Of a stretch of 64,000 nt of DNA, positions 49,008 to 58,651 are shown in pieces. Under the pieces are notes generated by a model. The model saw only the letters and a list, made by a program, of their open reading frames with translations, was not told where the DNA came from and did not search any database. Source of the DNA: Candidatus Moraniibacteriota bacterium (GTDB lineage Bacteria; Patescibacteriota; Minisyncoccia; Moranbacterales; UBA2206); contig JAAXWW010000001.1 of the NCBI GenBank assembly GCA_013334765.1, positions 108,589 through 172,588 of the forward strand, read 5' to 3'. Numbering within the stretch: position 1 is the first letter of the stretch; the number at the start of each line of letters is the position of its first letter. Both the position numbers and the translations under genes were made by a program.

Positions 49008-50912
49008 ATGTCACTTTCGGAAATAAAGAAGAAGCTTTATCAGAAAAACGCGGAAGAAAACCTTGCGCGTCATGACGAAAGCGAATATGACGCCAGGATC
49101 GCTAGCGGAACGATAAATAGCGGAGAGCCTGGAGACGCCTGGGAAAAGAAAAAGGATTGGTTCGGAACCGAAGAAAAGAAAGCGTCAAAAGTCGGCATAG
49201 TGGCCTTGTCCATAGTGCTTGGCATTATCGCGATCATGGTTATCGGATATCTCGTCATGAGCGCTCTTTTCAAGACTGAGCGGGTGACGGTTTCCATCAA
49301 CGGGACAAGCGAGGCAAAAAGCGGAAACCTTATCACCTATGAGATAGGCTATAGCAATGACAACTTCGTCGATATCAAGAACGCGACTCTCAGGCTCACG
49401 TATCCGGCGGATATCCGCCCGGAAAGCAACCCTGATTTCGTGACTAGCGAGATGACTACCGGAACTTTCAATATCGGAACGATAAAATCACACGGTTCAG
49501 GGAAGATAACTTTCAATGTAAGGACATATAATCCCAAGGGCGCGCTGGTGTATCTGAAAACCGATCTGGCGTATACGCCTTTCTCTATCGGAGGGCAGTC
49601 AGTCGCCAGCAATCAGCTCGGCATCAATATCGTCACTTCGCCCATAAGCATCGAGGTCGCCGCTCCGCAGAGCGTTTCTTCGGGGGACCAGGTCGATTAT
49701 CAGATAATATACAAGAACACTTCCCAGGAGGAATCGAATGGGATAAGGATCCGCTTGGAATATCCTGACGGGTTCGCTTTCACAGGCTCCGATCCTAAAG
49801 TGTTCGAGGGTGGCAATGTCTGGTATATCGGGACGCTTGCTCCTGGTCAATCCGGGAAAATAGTTGCCAGCGGGAAATTGGAAGGGGTCCAGGGCGACAA
49901 CAAGCAGGTCAAAGCGACTGTCGGAATCGTTGAGAACAGCCGATTCATAAGCTATAACGAAGAGGACGCGGATACGAAGATCGCTTCTTCCCCTTTCGTG
50001 ATCTCGCAGACGGTCAATGGGCGTTCGAAGCTGTCGGTTAATGCCAAGGATAGCTTGAGCTTCGAAATAAACTATAAGAACACAGGCACGATAGGGCTTC
50101 GGGATGCTATCGTCAAGGAATATCTGGATAGCCCGGTTCTGGATTATTCGCTGCTGGATCTCAAGGGCAAAGGGGTTTATGACGATTCGAAGAAGACGAT
50201 CACTTGGAAAGCTTCCGATTTCCCGGAGCTTGCCAATGTGCTTCCGGGACAAGGCGGAAAGATACAGTTCTCTATCCGGGTCAAGGAAACCATTCCGATT
50301 GCCGGCAACAATGACAAGAATTTCATCATTTCAAGCCTTGCGAAAATAGACAGTCCGGATGTTCCGACATCGATCAACGCCAACAAGGTCATCGCGGGGA
50401 ACAGGATGGATATGCGGCTTAACTCCAAGCTGGTGCTGGATGTGAAAGCTTATTATAACGATCCGAATATTCCCAACTCCGGTCCGATTCCTCCCAAAGT
50501 AGGTCAAGAGACGACATATACGGTCCATCTTATTGCTAGCAATATTTCTAACGACGTCGAGGGCGCCAAAGTCGAGGCCGTCCTTCCGACTGGCGCAACC
50601 ATGACGGGAGCTATATTCCCACAGGACGCAAGCCTCAAATATAACGAGAGGACCAACTCCCTAGTTTGGGACATGGGGAATATTCCGTCTGGAACCGGCG
50701 TCCTGACTGTGCCGCAGGAAGTGTCTTTTCAAGTGAGGATAAAGCCGTCGCTTGATCAGGTCAGGAAAGAGGCGATTCTTATGGAACGGGCGGCTTTCAG
50801 CGCTAAGGACACCTTTACAGGAGAAAATTTATCCGTTAATATCTATCAGAAGACAACAGTGCTGACGGAGGATACTTCTGTTCCTAGCTCGGCGTATAGG
50901 GTGGTGAATTAA
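49008..50912 (+). CDS. Membrane-anchored multi-Ig-fold (DUF11-like) surface protein
   Basis: One TM near the N-terminus, then repeated beta-rich units (ITYEIGYSN, VDYQIIYKN, LSFEINYKN, WxIGxLxPG). Confidence 0.75.
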   Translation: MSLSEIKKKLYQKNAEENLARHDESEYDARIASGTINSGEPGDAWEKKKDWFGTEEKKASKVGIVALSIVLGIIAIMVIGYLVMSALFKTERVTVSINGTSEAKSGNLITYEIGYSNDNFVDIKNATLRLTYPADIRPESNPDFVTSEMTTGTFNIGTIKSHGSGKITFNVRTYNPKGALVYLKTDLAYTPFSIGGQSVASNQLGINIVTSPISIEVAAPQSVSSGDQVDYQIIYKNTSQEESNGIRIRLEYPDGFAFTGSDPKVFEGGNVWYIGTLAPGQSGKIVASGKLEGVQGDNKQVKATVGIVENSRFISYNEEDADTKIASSPFVISQTVNGRSKLSVNAKDSLSFEINYKNTGTIGLRDAIVKEYLDSPVLDYSLLDLKGKGVYDDSKKTITWKASDFPELANVLPGQGGKIQFSIRVKETIPIAGNNDKNFIISSLAKIDSPDVPTSINANKVIAGNRMDMRLNSKLVLDVKAYYNDPNIPNSGPIPPKVGQETTYTVHLIASNISNDVEGAKVEAVLPTGATMTGAIFPQDASLKYNERTNSLVWDMGNIPSGTGVLTVPQEVSFQVRIKPSLDQVRKEAILMERAAFSAKDTFTGENLSVNIYQKTTVLTEDTSVPSSAYRVVN

Positions 50913-50913
50913 G

Positions 50914-52026
50914 ATGATAGAAATAACGAAAAAGGAAAAAAACAGCAGATCGCTGACTTTTAAGACGAAGAGCGGAGTAATCAATACTCCGTTTTTTATG
51001 CCTGACGCGACGCGCGGATTCGTGAAGTCGATGGGATTGGACGATCTTCGCGGTGTCGGGATGGGTCCGATGGTAGTGAACACATATCATCTCTATCTCC
51101 AACCGGGAATGGAGCTTGTGAAGGAAGCTGGCGGGGTGCATAAGCTCATGAATTGGGACAAGCCGCTCCTTTCCGACTCGGGCGGGTATCAGGTGTTTTC
51201 GCTGATCCACAAGAATCCGAAGATGGGTAAGGTCACCGAAGACGAGGTCATTTTCAAGTCGCCGCTCGACGGTTCGATGCACAGGATCACTCCGGAAAAG
51301 GCGATCGAGATCCAATTCGATCTGGGAGTGGATATGATGGTATGCTTGGATGACCCTTGTCCGAATGATTATCCTAAGGAGAAAATCGCGGCGGCAGTCG
51401 AGCGGACCATCCGCTGGGGCAGGAGATGCAAGGATGAATACGCGAGGCAGATTGCGGCGAGGAATATTCCCGAAGAGAACCGCCCGCTCATTTTCGGCGT
51501 CATTCAAGGCGGGGAATATCTGGATCTCAGGAAACGCTGCGCGGATGGATTGGCCCAAATCGGTTTCGACGGCTATGGTTTCGGGGCGCGGCATGTGGAT
51601 TCGGATGGCAATTTCTTGAGCGAGGTTCTGGAATATACGGCGAGCATCATCCCTGAAAATGCTCTCCGCTTCGCGTTGGGAATCGGGACGCCGTCGGATA
51701 TCGTGAAATGCCATTCGTTCGGTTGGGATATGTTCGACTGTGTCATTCCGACGCGCGAGGGGCGTCATGGCAAGCTTTTCGTCTGGAAAAGGGACGCTGA
51801 TATCCATAGCGGTTCTTTCTATGAGACAGTGAACATGAACAATGAAAAGTTCCGGCATGACTTTTCTCCGGTGGACGCGGATTGCGAGTGCGAGCTTTGC
51901 AGGAATTATTCCCGCGGCTATCTCCAGCATCTTTTCAGAATGAAGGAACCGCTTGGGATGCGCCTTTCCGCGATCCATAACCTGAAGTTCTATATGGAGT
52001 TGATGGAGAAACTGAGAGCGTCTTAG
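50914..52026 (+). CDS. tgt: tRNA-guanine transglycosylase
   Basis: DSGGYQVFSL, FGVIQGG, DMFDCVIPTR, CECELC..H Zn site. Confidence 0.95.
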   Translation: MIEITKKEKNSRSLTFKTKSGVINTPFFMPDATRGFVKSMGLDDLRGVGMGPMVVNTYHLYLQPGMELVKEAGGVHKLMNWDKPLLSDSGGYQVFSLIHKNPKMGKVTEDEVIFKSPLDGSMHRITPEKAIEIQFDLGVDMMVCLDDPCPNDYPKEKIAAAVERTIRWGRRCKDEYARQIAARNIPEENRPLIFGVIQGGEYLDLRKRCADGLAQIGFDGYGFGARHVDSDGNFLSEVLEYTASIIPENALRFALGIGTPSDIVKCHSFGWDMFDCVIPTREGRHGKLFVWKRDADIHSGSFYETVNMNNEKFRHDFSPVDADCECELCRNYSRGYLQHLFRMKEPLGMRLSAIHNLKFYMELMEKLRAS

Positions 52027-52044
52027 GAGTCATAGTTTATTTTT

Positions 52045-52211
52045 TGTCATTTCGAGCGAAGTTATTTTATCCCGCTTTGCGGGATAAAATAACGCAGTCG
52101 AGAGATCTGCTTTCTAATATTTTCTGTATATGTTTATTGCCAGATCCCTGCGCCACCGCTAGAGCTAAGGCGGCACGTGGTCGACTTCGCTCCGCTACGC
52201 TCGGGATGACA
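52045..52211. repeat. Composite palindromic repeat, copy 4
   Basis: tgtcatttcgagcg...agtcgagagatctg...ggtcgacttcgct..cgctcgggatgaca. Confidence 0.8.
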
Positions 52212-52234
52212 TTATTTTGAATAGGGTTAATTTT

Positions 52235-53494
52235 ATGAAAAGTAAAATCGAACTGCTGGCTCCGGCGGGGAGCCTGCAAAAACTCAAATACGCCATTTCA
52301 TTCGGGGCGGACGCTATCTATTGCGGCATGCCTGATTTTTCTTTGCGCGTGAGGATCAATAAATTTTCGAAAGAGGATCTTGAAGAAGCGGTGAAATATG
52401 TTCATGAACGCGGAAAGAAGATATACGTGACGCTCAATATCTATGCGCACAATTCGCATCTGGAAAAAATCAAAGAGCACCTCGGATATCTGAATGGGCT
52501 TGGGATTGACGCTATCATCGTAAGCGATCCGGGGATCATAATGCTTATCAAGAAATATTGTCCCGGCGTGGAAATCCACCTTTCGACGCAAGCCAATGCG
52601 ACCAATTATGAGGCGGTGGAGTTTTGGAAAAGCCAGGGGGTGAGCCGGGTGATTTTGGCGCGCGAGGCAAGCTTGCCTGAAATAAAGGAAATAAGCGAGA
52701 AAGTCGAAGGAATCGAGCTTGAGACTTTCGTTCATGGAGCGATGTGCATGAGCTATTCAGGCCGTTGCATCCTGTCGAAGTGGGTGACGGGACGGAGCGG
52801 AAATCTGGGGGATTGTTCGCAGCCGTGCCGCTGGGCCTATCATGAAGTTCAGAATATGGGGCACGGAGAAAAGGAAATAAGCCTTGTTGATGATCAGAAC
52901 AGATTCGGGATGGATGTCGAAGAAGACAGACACGGGACATATATGTTCAACAGTTATGACATGAACCTTATTGAACACGTTGGAGAAGTTATCGATTCCG
53001 GGATAACGTCGCTCAAAATCGAAGGCCGCGCCAAGAGCGCCTATTATCTGGCTGTCGTCGTGCGAGCATATAGGCGCGTTATCGATGCGATCGAAAACGG
53101 AGCCACCACCGAAGAGCTTGCCGGTATAGTCGCTGAACAGAAGGCGGAATTGGATAATCTAGCGCATAGGGGATATTCGACTGGATTCCTGCTCGGAGAA
53201 GAACCGACGCATAATTTCGAGAACAAGCTGAATAAAGGAAACTTTGAATTTGTCGGTGAAGTGGAAGGCACTCAAGGAAAAGCCAATATTATCCGCGCTC
53301 ATAATCATTTTTCAATTGATGACAGCTTGGAAGCGATTACGCCTCTGGGGAATATTCCTGTCAGGATAGTGAGGATCATTGATATGAACGGAAATAAGGT
53401 GAGCAATGCCAACGGAGGGCACGAGGGGAGATATGCAGTGGAGCTTGATAGGGTTTTGGAAGAGTGGAGTTTGTTGAGGAATAAATTTAATTAG
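52235..53494 (+). CDS. U32 family protein (TrhP/YegQ-like tRNA hydroxylation)
   Basis: ELLAPAGS, HLSTQAN, HGAMCMSYSGRC..CSQPCRW, LKIEGR. Confidence 0.9.
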   Translation: MKSKIELLAPAGSLQKLKYAISFGADAIYCGMPDFSLRVRINKFSKEDLEEAVKYVHERGKKIYVTLNIYAHNSHLEKIKEHLGYLNGLGIDAIIVSDPGIIMLIKKYCPGVEIHLSTQANATNYEAVEFWKSQGVSRVILAREASLPEIKEISEKVEGIELETFVHGAMCMSYSGRCILSKWVTGRSGNLGDCSQPCRWAYHEVQNMGHGEKEISLVDDQNRFGMDVEEDRHGTYMFNSYDMNLIEHVGEVIDSGITSLKIEGRAKSAYYLAVVVRAYRRVIDAIENGATTEELAGIVAEQKAELDNLAHRGYSTGFLLGEEPTHNFENKLNKGNFEFVGEVEGTQGKANIIRAHNHFSIDDSLEAITPLGNIPVRIVRIIDMNGNKVSNANGGHEGRYAVELDRVLEEWSLLRNKFN

Positions 53495-53633
53495 AAGATT
53501 TTAGATAGTACATTTCTTTATTTTTTCTTTATCTCTCTTCTGCTAGAATTTTTAAAGAGATGGGTCAGGGGGGGGTGAACTGCCGCCTGGTTTTTATGCA
53601 GCTATGTCATACTAAATTATCAAGCAAAATTTT

Positions 53634-54356
53634 ATGAATAGGAAAAAACTTGCTTTGGTCAGTATTGTAATTGCCGGAATCTTCGTTTTTTATTTTTGTG
53701 TCATTGAGATCGGAACAAAAAGCCATGATGCGCAAGTGGAAATCGAAGGAGCGGATAATTCTGAAAGTGAGAAGGAAGAAAACGCTGGCAGGGAGTTTGC
53801 GGAAAATGGAAAAGGAGGAGCTGACCTAGGGAACAATTATAAGCTGTATAAGGGCAGGATATATTATTGGAATGACGGTTCTCCCCAGGCGCCCTCATCG
53901 ATGTCCGAAATAGATGCGGATCCTGCCAGTTTCGTTTCGTTTTCAAGCGCATACTGCGTTAAAAATGCTGATTGTGCGGGATATGGAAAGGACAATGAAA
54001 AAGTTTTTATCAATGATTTTGAAATTGTAGGTGCCGATCCTGGCACATTCGTTCTTATGGGTACTGATCCGGGACTATACGGATATAGCAAAGATAAAGA
54101 TAGAGTCTATGTTGACAATAGCCCCGTGGACAATGCTGATCCGAATTCGTTCAAGGTATTGGGAGGATGCTATGGTTCGGATTACAGGGCTGTTTATTGT
54201 GACAGGAATGAAATGGGGAGTGCTGATGCGAAAACATTCACCGTTATTGATTCCAATAGAGGAATCGCGAAGGATAAGAATGGATTTTTTTTGAGAGGCG
54301 AAAGAGTCAGTCCGTCGAATTATGATAGTTATGGGATAAGCAAGTATCTTAAGTAG
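53634..54356 (+). CDS. DKNYY-repeat family membrane-anchored protein
   Basis: Repeated ADPxSF...YxKDxxxV units; N-terminal TM. Confidence 0.8.
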   Translation: MNRKKLALVSIVIAGIFVFYFCVIEIGTKSHDAQVEIEGADNSESEKEENAGREFAENGKGGADLGNNYKLYKGRIYYWNDGSPQAPSSMSEIDADPASFVSFSSAYCVKNADCAGYGKDNEKVFINDFEIVGADPGTFVLMGTDPGLYGYSKDKDRVYVDNSPVDNADPNSFKVLGGCYGSDYRAVYCDRNEMGSADAKTFTVIDSNRGIAKDKNGFFLRGERVSPSNYDSYGISKYLK

Positions 54357-54592
54357 CTTTTTTTATACTTATTGTTTTGATTCAAACCTGTCGGACGGGG
54401 TTGCTTGTTGTTGGTTTAGAAAAGAATTGCTGTTGAAAATATCTTTAAGAAAATTTTATCTGAGTTGTTTAGAATATAAAGGTAGAACCTTAACAATTAA
54501 AAACAAAAGGAAGGATTAATGGGTATCTGAACGAGGTAGATTCTTAGGGAGGTTTCTATTTCGGTTAATAGGTAACCAAAAGGAGTGGCTAA

Positions 54593-56818
54593 ATGAAACG
54601 TTTGGCTAGCATGGTCGTTATGCTATTCGCGATTGTTTTCGCTGGTATGGCTTTCGCCGGCTATCCTTATGAAAACTTCTGTCCGAACGGAGGGCGAGTT
54701 TTCAGTGACGATTATTATAATACGAGTGATAAGTACTGGGTGGATATTTGGAAGTTTGGAGAATGCGAATGCACCTCGTATGTTGCCTGGAAATTGAATG
54801 ATTTTATCGGGCGATCAAATTCTGACCCGGCGTTTTTCAATTCGTACTACATTAATAGATGGGGGAATGCCTACGGATGGAAAAGCCCGGTTGATGACGA
54901 GGTGTTCGCTCACTTCAGTCGTACGCCGGAGTATTTCTCAAAATCCGAACGGTCATATCCGTGGAAGCCGTATAAAGGGGGAATGTTCGATGTCAGAGCA
55001 GCCGTTGCATGGTGGGACAAGGGGAGTGGCGCATTGAGCTATGGCCATGTCGCTTTCGTGGATAGCATTTCGTGGAATAGCGATAAGACTGCTTCTAGCA
55101 TAACGGTTTCCGAATATAACTGGAACAATCCGCATGAATTCGGGCGCAGAACTTTGCGTCCGGGAGATTCGGGATATCCTGACGGATTTCTCTATATAGT
55201 GACCGACACATTTGTCGAGTGTTCTGATACTGATCTTTGCAGGAAGACGGTCAATGCTGGCGGCGGAGGTGGTGGTATTGTTGATTATCCTAATCTCAGG
55301 GTAAATAGCGTGGGTGTATTTACGCTTGATGGCCATGAGAAGAATGAACAGGCGTCGTTTCTCAGTATCGGGGAGACTTACGAAATTAGGGTTTATCCTG
55401 TTTCCGAAAAAGAGGACTGCGCAAGCGGGGTTGATTCGGATATTGAAAACGTGGAAACGGATATCTATTACAAGATTTCCAACGAGGATTCAGACGGTGA
55501 ATGGGCTTTTCTCAAGAGGGTTTATACTCGTCCTTCAACCTTGACCGAGGGAAATACCAACAAGGAGACAGCTTACTTCAAGATACCCGAAGAAGCCGCA
55601 AACAGGCGGATATATTTCAAGGCTAGGGTGGATGCGGCCAGCGAAGTCCATGAAACTGATGAGGGTGATAACGAGTCCTATTGGCAGAAAGAGTGGTATC
55701 CGGTCGCTGGAAACTATGATTTCATCATCTCTTACGCTCAAGTCAATAGCGGAAGATCTTCGCTCAACGAGGGAGATCGCTACGGTTTCGAAATGGGTGT
55801 CAAGAATATCGGAACGGATAGGCCGCTAGTGGGAATCCGGAGCGCTTATTATCACCAGGATCCTGGTTCTGCTGACGCTTGGGAGCTGGTTGCGACGGAT
55901 GGAACGGATAATTATGATCTGGTGCCTGGATTGGTCAAAGAAGAAACAACCCATTACCAGCCTTTTGTTGCCAAGAACCCAGGCATTCATAAAGCGAAGA
56001 TCTGTGCTGATTACGAAGGCAATGTGCCGGAAAAGGATGAAACGAACAATTGCATCGTTTTTTCTTTCGGTGTGAACATGCATCGTCCCGACTTCGTAAT
56101 ATCCCAATTCGGTCTTACGGGTGGACGGACATCGCTTAATCTTGGTGAACATTTCGGGCTGCGAGCAGTAGTATCTAATCAGGGATCGGCACCAGCCGTT
56201 ATTGATATTCGTAGCGCTTACTATCTTAAATTACCCGGGGAAGTTAGCTGGAAATACGTCCAAGATGATGGTACTGACGCTAATGAGCTCTGTCCAGGGT
56301 GTTCGCATGAAGAAGTGACCTTGAATGATCCTTTCCTGGCAAGTTCCGTGGGAACATGGCAAGCAATGGCTTGCGCTAATTATCAGCAAGCATCCGAAGT
56401 TGATTCGACCAATGATTGCTCAACCTTCTCATTTGAGGTTAAGCCTGTCGGACCGGATTTTGTTATTTCAGATCTGTATATAAAGGTTGGTAGTGCGGTT
56501 TATCGTGAAGGGTCGACGATCAAGAGAAATTCTGTCGTCCATCCTTACGCGATAGTTTCCAATATTGGCAATTCATCGATACATCCAGGATTCAGAATTG
56601 CGTATTATATAGATGCTGATAAATTCCGCGATTCGGATGGTCTGAATTCTAATGAGGTGTGTGCAGGCTGTTCGAAGACGGAATATATCTCCAACGACGG
56701 CATACGGCTTGGGGAAAAGGGGGCTAGAACATATAGGTGTTGCGCTGATTATCAAGGAGCAGCTCCTGAGCTAGACGAAACGAATAACTGCAAGACGATG
56801 ACTTTTCGCATAAAGTAG
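54593..56818 (+). CDS. Secreted CHAP-domain protein with four CARDB-like Ig repeats
   Basis: Signal peptide; ECTSYVAW, GNAYGW, YGHVAFV, VSEYNW; Gly linker; repeats ending E.DE.NN. Confidence 0.85.
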   Translation: MKRLASMVVMLFAIVFAGMAFAGYPYENFCPNGGRVFSDDYYNTSDKYWVDIWKFGECECTSYVAWKLNDFIGRSNSDPAFFNSYYINRWGNAYGWKSPVDDEVFAHFSRTPEYFSKSERSYPWKPYKGGMFDVRAAVAWWDKGSGALSYGHVAFVDSISWNSDKTASSITVSEYNWNNPHEFGRRTLRPGDSGYPDGFLYIVTDTFVECSDTDLCRKTVNAGGGGGGIVDYPNLRVNSVGVFTLDGHEKNEQASFLSIGETYEIRVYPVSEKEDCASGVDSDIENVETDIYYKISNEDSDGEWAFLKRVYTRPSTLTEGNTNKETAYFKIPEEAANRRIYFKARVDAASEVHETDEGDNESYWQKEWYPVAGNYDFIISYAQVNSGRSSLNEGDRYGFEMGVKNIGTDRPLVGIRSAYYHQDPGSADAWELVATDGTDNYDLVPGLVKEETTHYQPFVAKNPGIHKAKICADYEGNVPEKDETNNCIVFSFGVNMHRPDFVISQFGLTGGRTSLNLGEHFGLRAVVSNQGSAPAVIDIRSAYYLKLPGEVSWKYVQDDGTDANELCPGCSHEEVTLNDPFLASSVGTWQAMACANYQQASEVDSTNDCSTFSFEVKPVGPDFVISDLYIKVGSAVYREGSTIKRNSVVHPYAIVSNIGNSSIHPGFRIAYYIDADKFRDSDGLNSNEVCAGCSKTEYISNDGIRLGEKGARTYRCCADYQGAAPELDETNNCKTMTFRIK

Positions 56819-56949
56819 CTCTTTCAGGCAATAGCTTAACCCCGGCTTTATTTGAAGTCGGGGTTATTTTATAGTCAGCAGAGTTGCCATTAGCATGCCA
56901 AGTCGTACATCGTGTTGACTATAACGGCGCAGTATCTTATTATTCTTGT

Positions 56950-57100
56950 ATATGACCGAGGGGTTTGGCTCCCTTGGAAAAGTGAATAAATCAAGGTGCC
57001 TTCTGCTTGGCGGGAGGAAGCTAGATGGAATCGCGAGGAAACCTCGTTCTAGCAACTGAAGAAGCAACGATGCTTCTTGGTTGTCGGAACGAGGTTTTTT
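56950..57100 (+). promoter_or_regulatory. T-box riboswitch (Gly) leader for glyQS, minimal Stem I
   Basis: Promoter TTGACT-17-TATTAT (56915); GCTAGA-TGGAATC-GCGAGG-AAA-CCTCGT-TCTAGC antiterminator; long terminator plus U-tract; GGC in first loop. Confidence 0.75.
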
Positions 57101-57114
57101 GTTGATATTATGCT

Positions 57115-57218
57115 GGCAAAGGCGTTTCTTTTTCGGCACGCCCTTGGACAAGGAGTTAATGTCCAAGGGCTAAGAATTCGCTCTTGCTCATTATTGCCTC
57201 AAAAGAAACGCCTTTACC
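57115..57218. repeat. Nested inverted repeat between the T-box terminator and glyQS
   Basis: ggcaaaggcgtttcttt...aaagaaacgcctttacc enclosing gcccttggaca/tgtccaagggc. Confidence 0.7.
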
Positions 57219-57251
57219 TTAATTATTAAAATTACTAATAATCAAAAATAT

Positions 57252-58646
57252 ATGACAGAAAAAAAAGAGGGATTGATGGAAAAAATAGTTTCCTTGTGCA
57301 AGAGGCGCGGATTCGTTTTTCCGAGTTCGGAAATCTATGGCGGATTCGCGGCGGTGTATGATTTCGGTCCATACGGAGTGGAACTGGCCAGGAATATCCG
57401 CGAAGCGTGGTGGAACGCGATGGTGCGTGATCATGAGAATATCGTGGGATTGGACAGCGCCATATTCATGCATCCGAAAGTTTGGGAGGCGTCGGGACAT
57501 GTCGGGGGATTCGCTGATCCTTTGGCGGAATGCCGTGAGTGTCATTTCCGGGCGCGCGTCGATCATCTCTTGGAAGAAGTCGGCGTGTTTGCCGATGAGA
57601 AGATGACTGAAGAAGAAATCAATCAGCTGATGAAAGAGAACAAGGATAGGATAAAATGTCCGAAATGCGGGAAGAGAGATTTTTCCGAGGCGAAGAAATT
57701 CAATCTGCTGGTCCAATCGAATCTGGGAAATTTCACGGGAGATTGGGGGAAGGAACCGACATATCTTCGTGGTGAGACCTGCCAGGGGATATATGTGAAT
57801 TTCAAGAACGTGCTTGACTCGACCCGTGTCAAAGTCCCGTTCGGAATCGCGCAGATCGGGAAGGCTTTCAGGAACGAAATCACTGCCAGGCAGTTCATTT
57901 TCAGGAAACGCGAATTCGAACAGATGGAGATGCAATATTTCGTTCACCCGGAAAGCGCGTCCGCGGCATATGACGAGTGGCGGGAAAAGCGCTGGCAATA
58001 TTATCTGGATCTTGGAATCAAAAAGGAGAATCTCAAGTGGCATGAGCATGAGAATCTTGTTTTCTATGCCAAAGCGGCTTGGGATATCGAATATAATTTT
58101 CCATTCGGATTCAAGGAGTTGGAAGGAATCCATAACCGCAGCGATTATGACCTGACGCAGCATTCGAAATTTTCAGGAGCGGATCTGTCTTATCGCGACC
58201 CTAAGACCAATGAGAAATATGTTCCTTGGATCGTGGAAACTTCAGTGGGGCTCGACAGGACTTTCCTGGCGGTTATGACCGAGGCCTATACTGAAGAGGA
58301 AGTTGCTGACGGTGATATTCGCACAGTGCTTAAATTTCCCAAGAAACTTGCTCCGATCAAGGCGGCGGTTTTTCCTCTGCTTAAGAACAAGCCGGAGCTG
58401 GTCGACAAGGCCAAAGCGATTTATGATGAATTGAAATCGAGTTTCATGTGTGAATTCGATGATAATGGCAATGTCGGCAAGCGCTACCGCCGTCAGGATG
58501 AGATCGGGACGCCGTATTGCATTACGGTCGATTTCGAAACGCTTTCCGACGGAGCGGTTACGGTGAGGGATCGCGATACGATGCTGCAGGAAAGGATAAA
58601 GATCGAAGAACTCAAGAAATACTTAGAGGATAATCTGGGTAAATAG
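57252..58646 (+). CDS. glyQS: Glycyl-tRNA synthetase (homodimeric type)
   Basis: LCKRRGFVFPSSEIYGG, LRGETCQG, REFEQME, GKRYRRQDEIGTP. Confidence 0.97.
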   Translation: MTEKKEGLMEKIVSLCKRRGFVFPSSEIYGGFAAVYDFGPYGVELARNIREAWWNAMVRDHENIVGLDSAIFMHPKVWEASGHVGGFADPLAECRECHFRARVDHLLEEVGVFADEKMTEEEINQLMKENKDRIKCPKCGKRDFSEAKKFNLLVQSNLGNFTGDWGKEPTYLRGETCQGIYVNFKNVLDSTRVKVPFGIAQIGKAFRNEITARQFIFRKREFEQMEMQYFVHPESASAAYDEWREKRWQYYLDLGIKKENLKWHEHENLVFYAKAAWDIEYNFPFGFKELEGIHNRSDYDLTQHSKFSGADLSYRDPKTNEKYVPWIVETSVGLDRTFLAVMTEAYTEEEVADGDIRTVLKFPKKLAPIKAAVFPLLKNKPELVDKAKAIYDELKSSFMCEFDDNGNVGKRYRRQDEIGTPYCITVDFETLSDGAVTVRDRDTMLQERIKIEELKKYLEDNLGK

Positions 58647-58651
58647 AAAAT

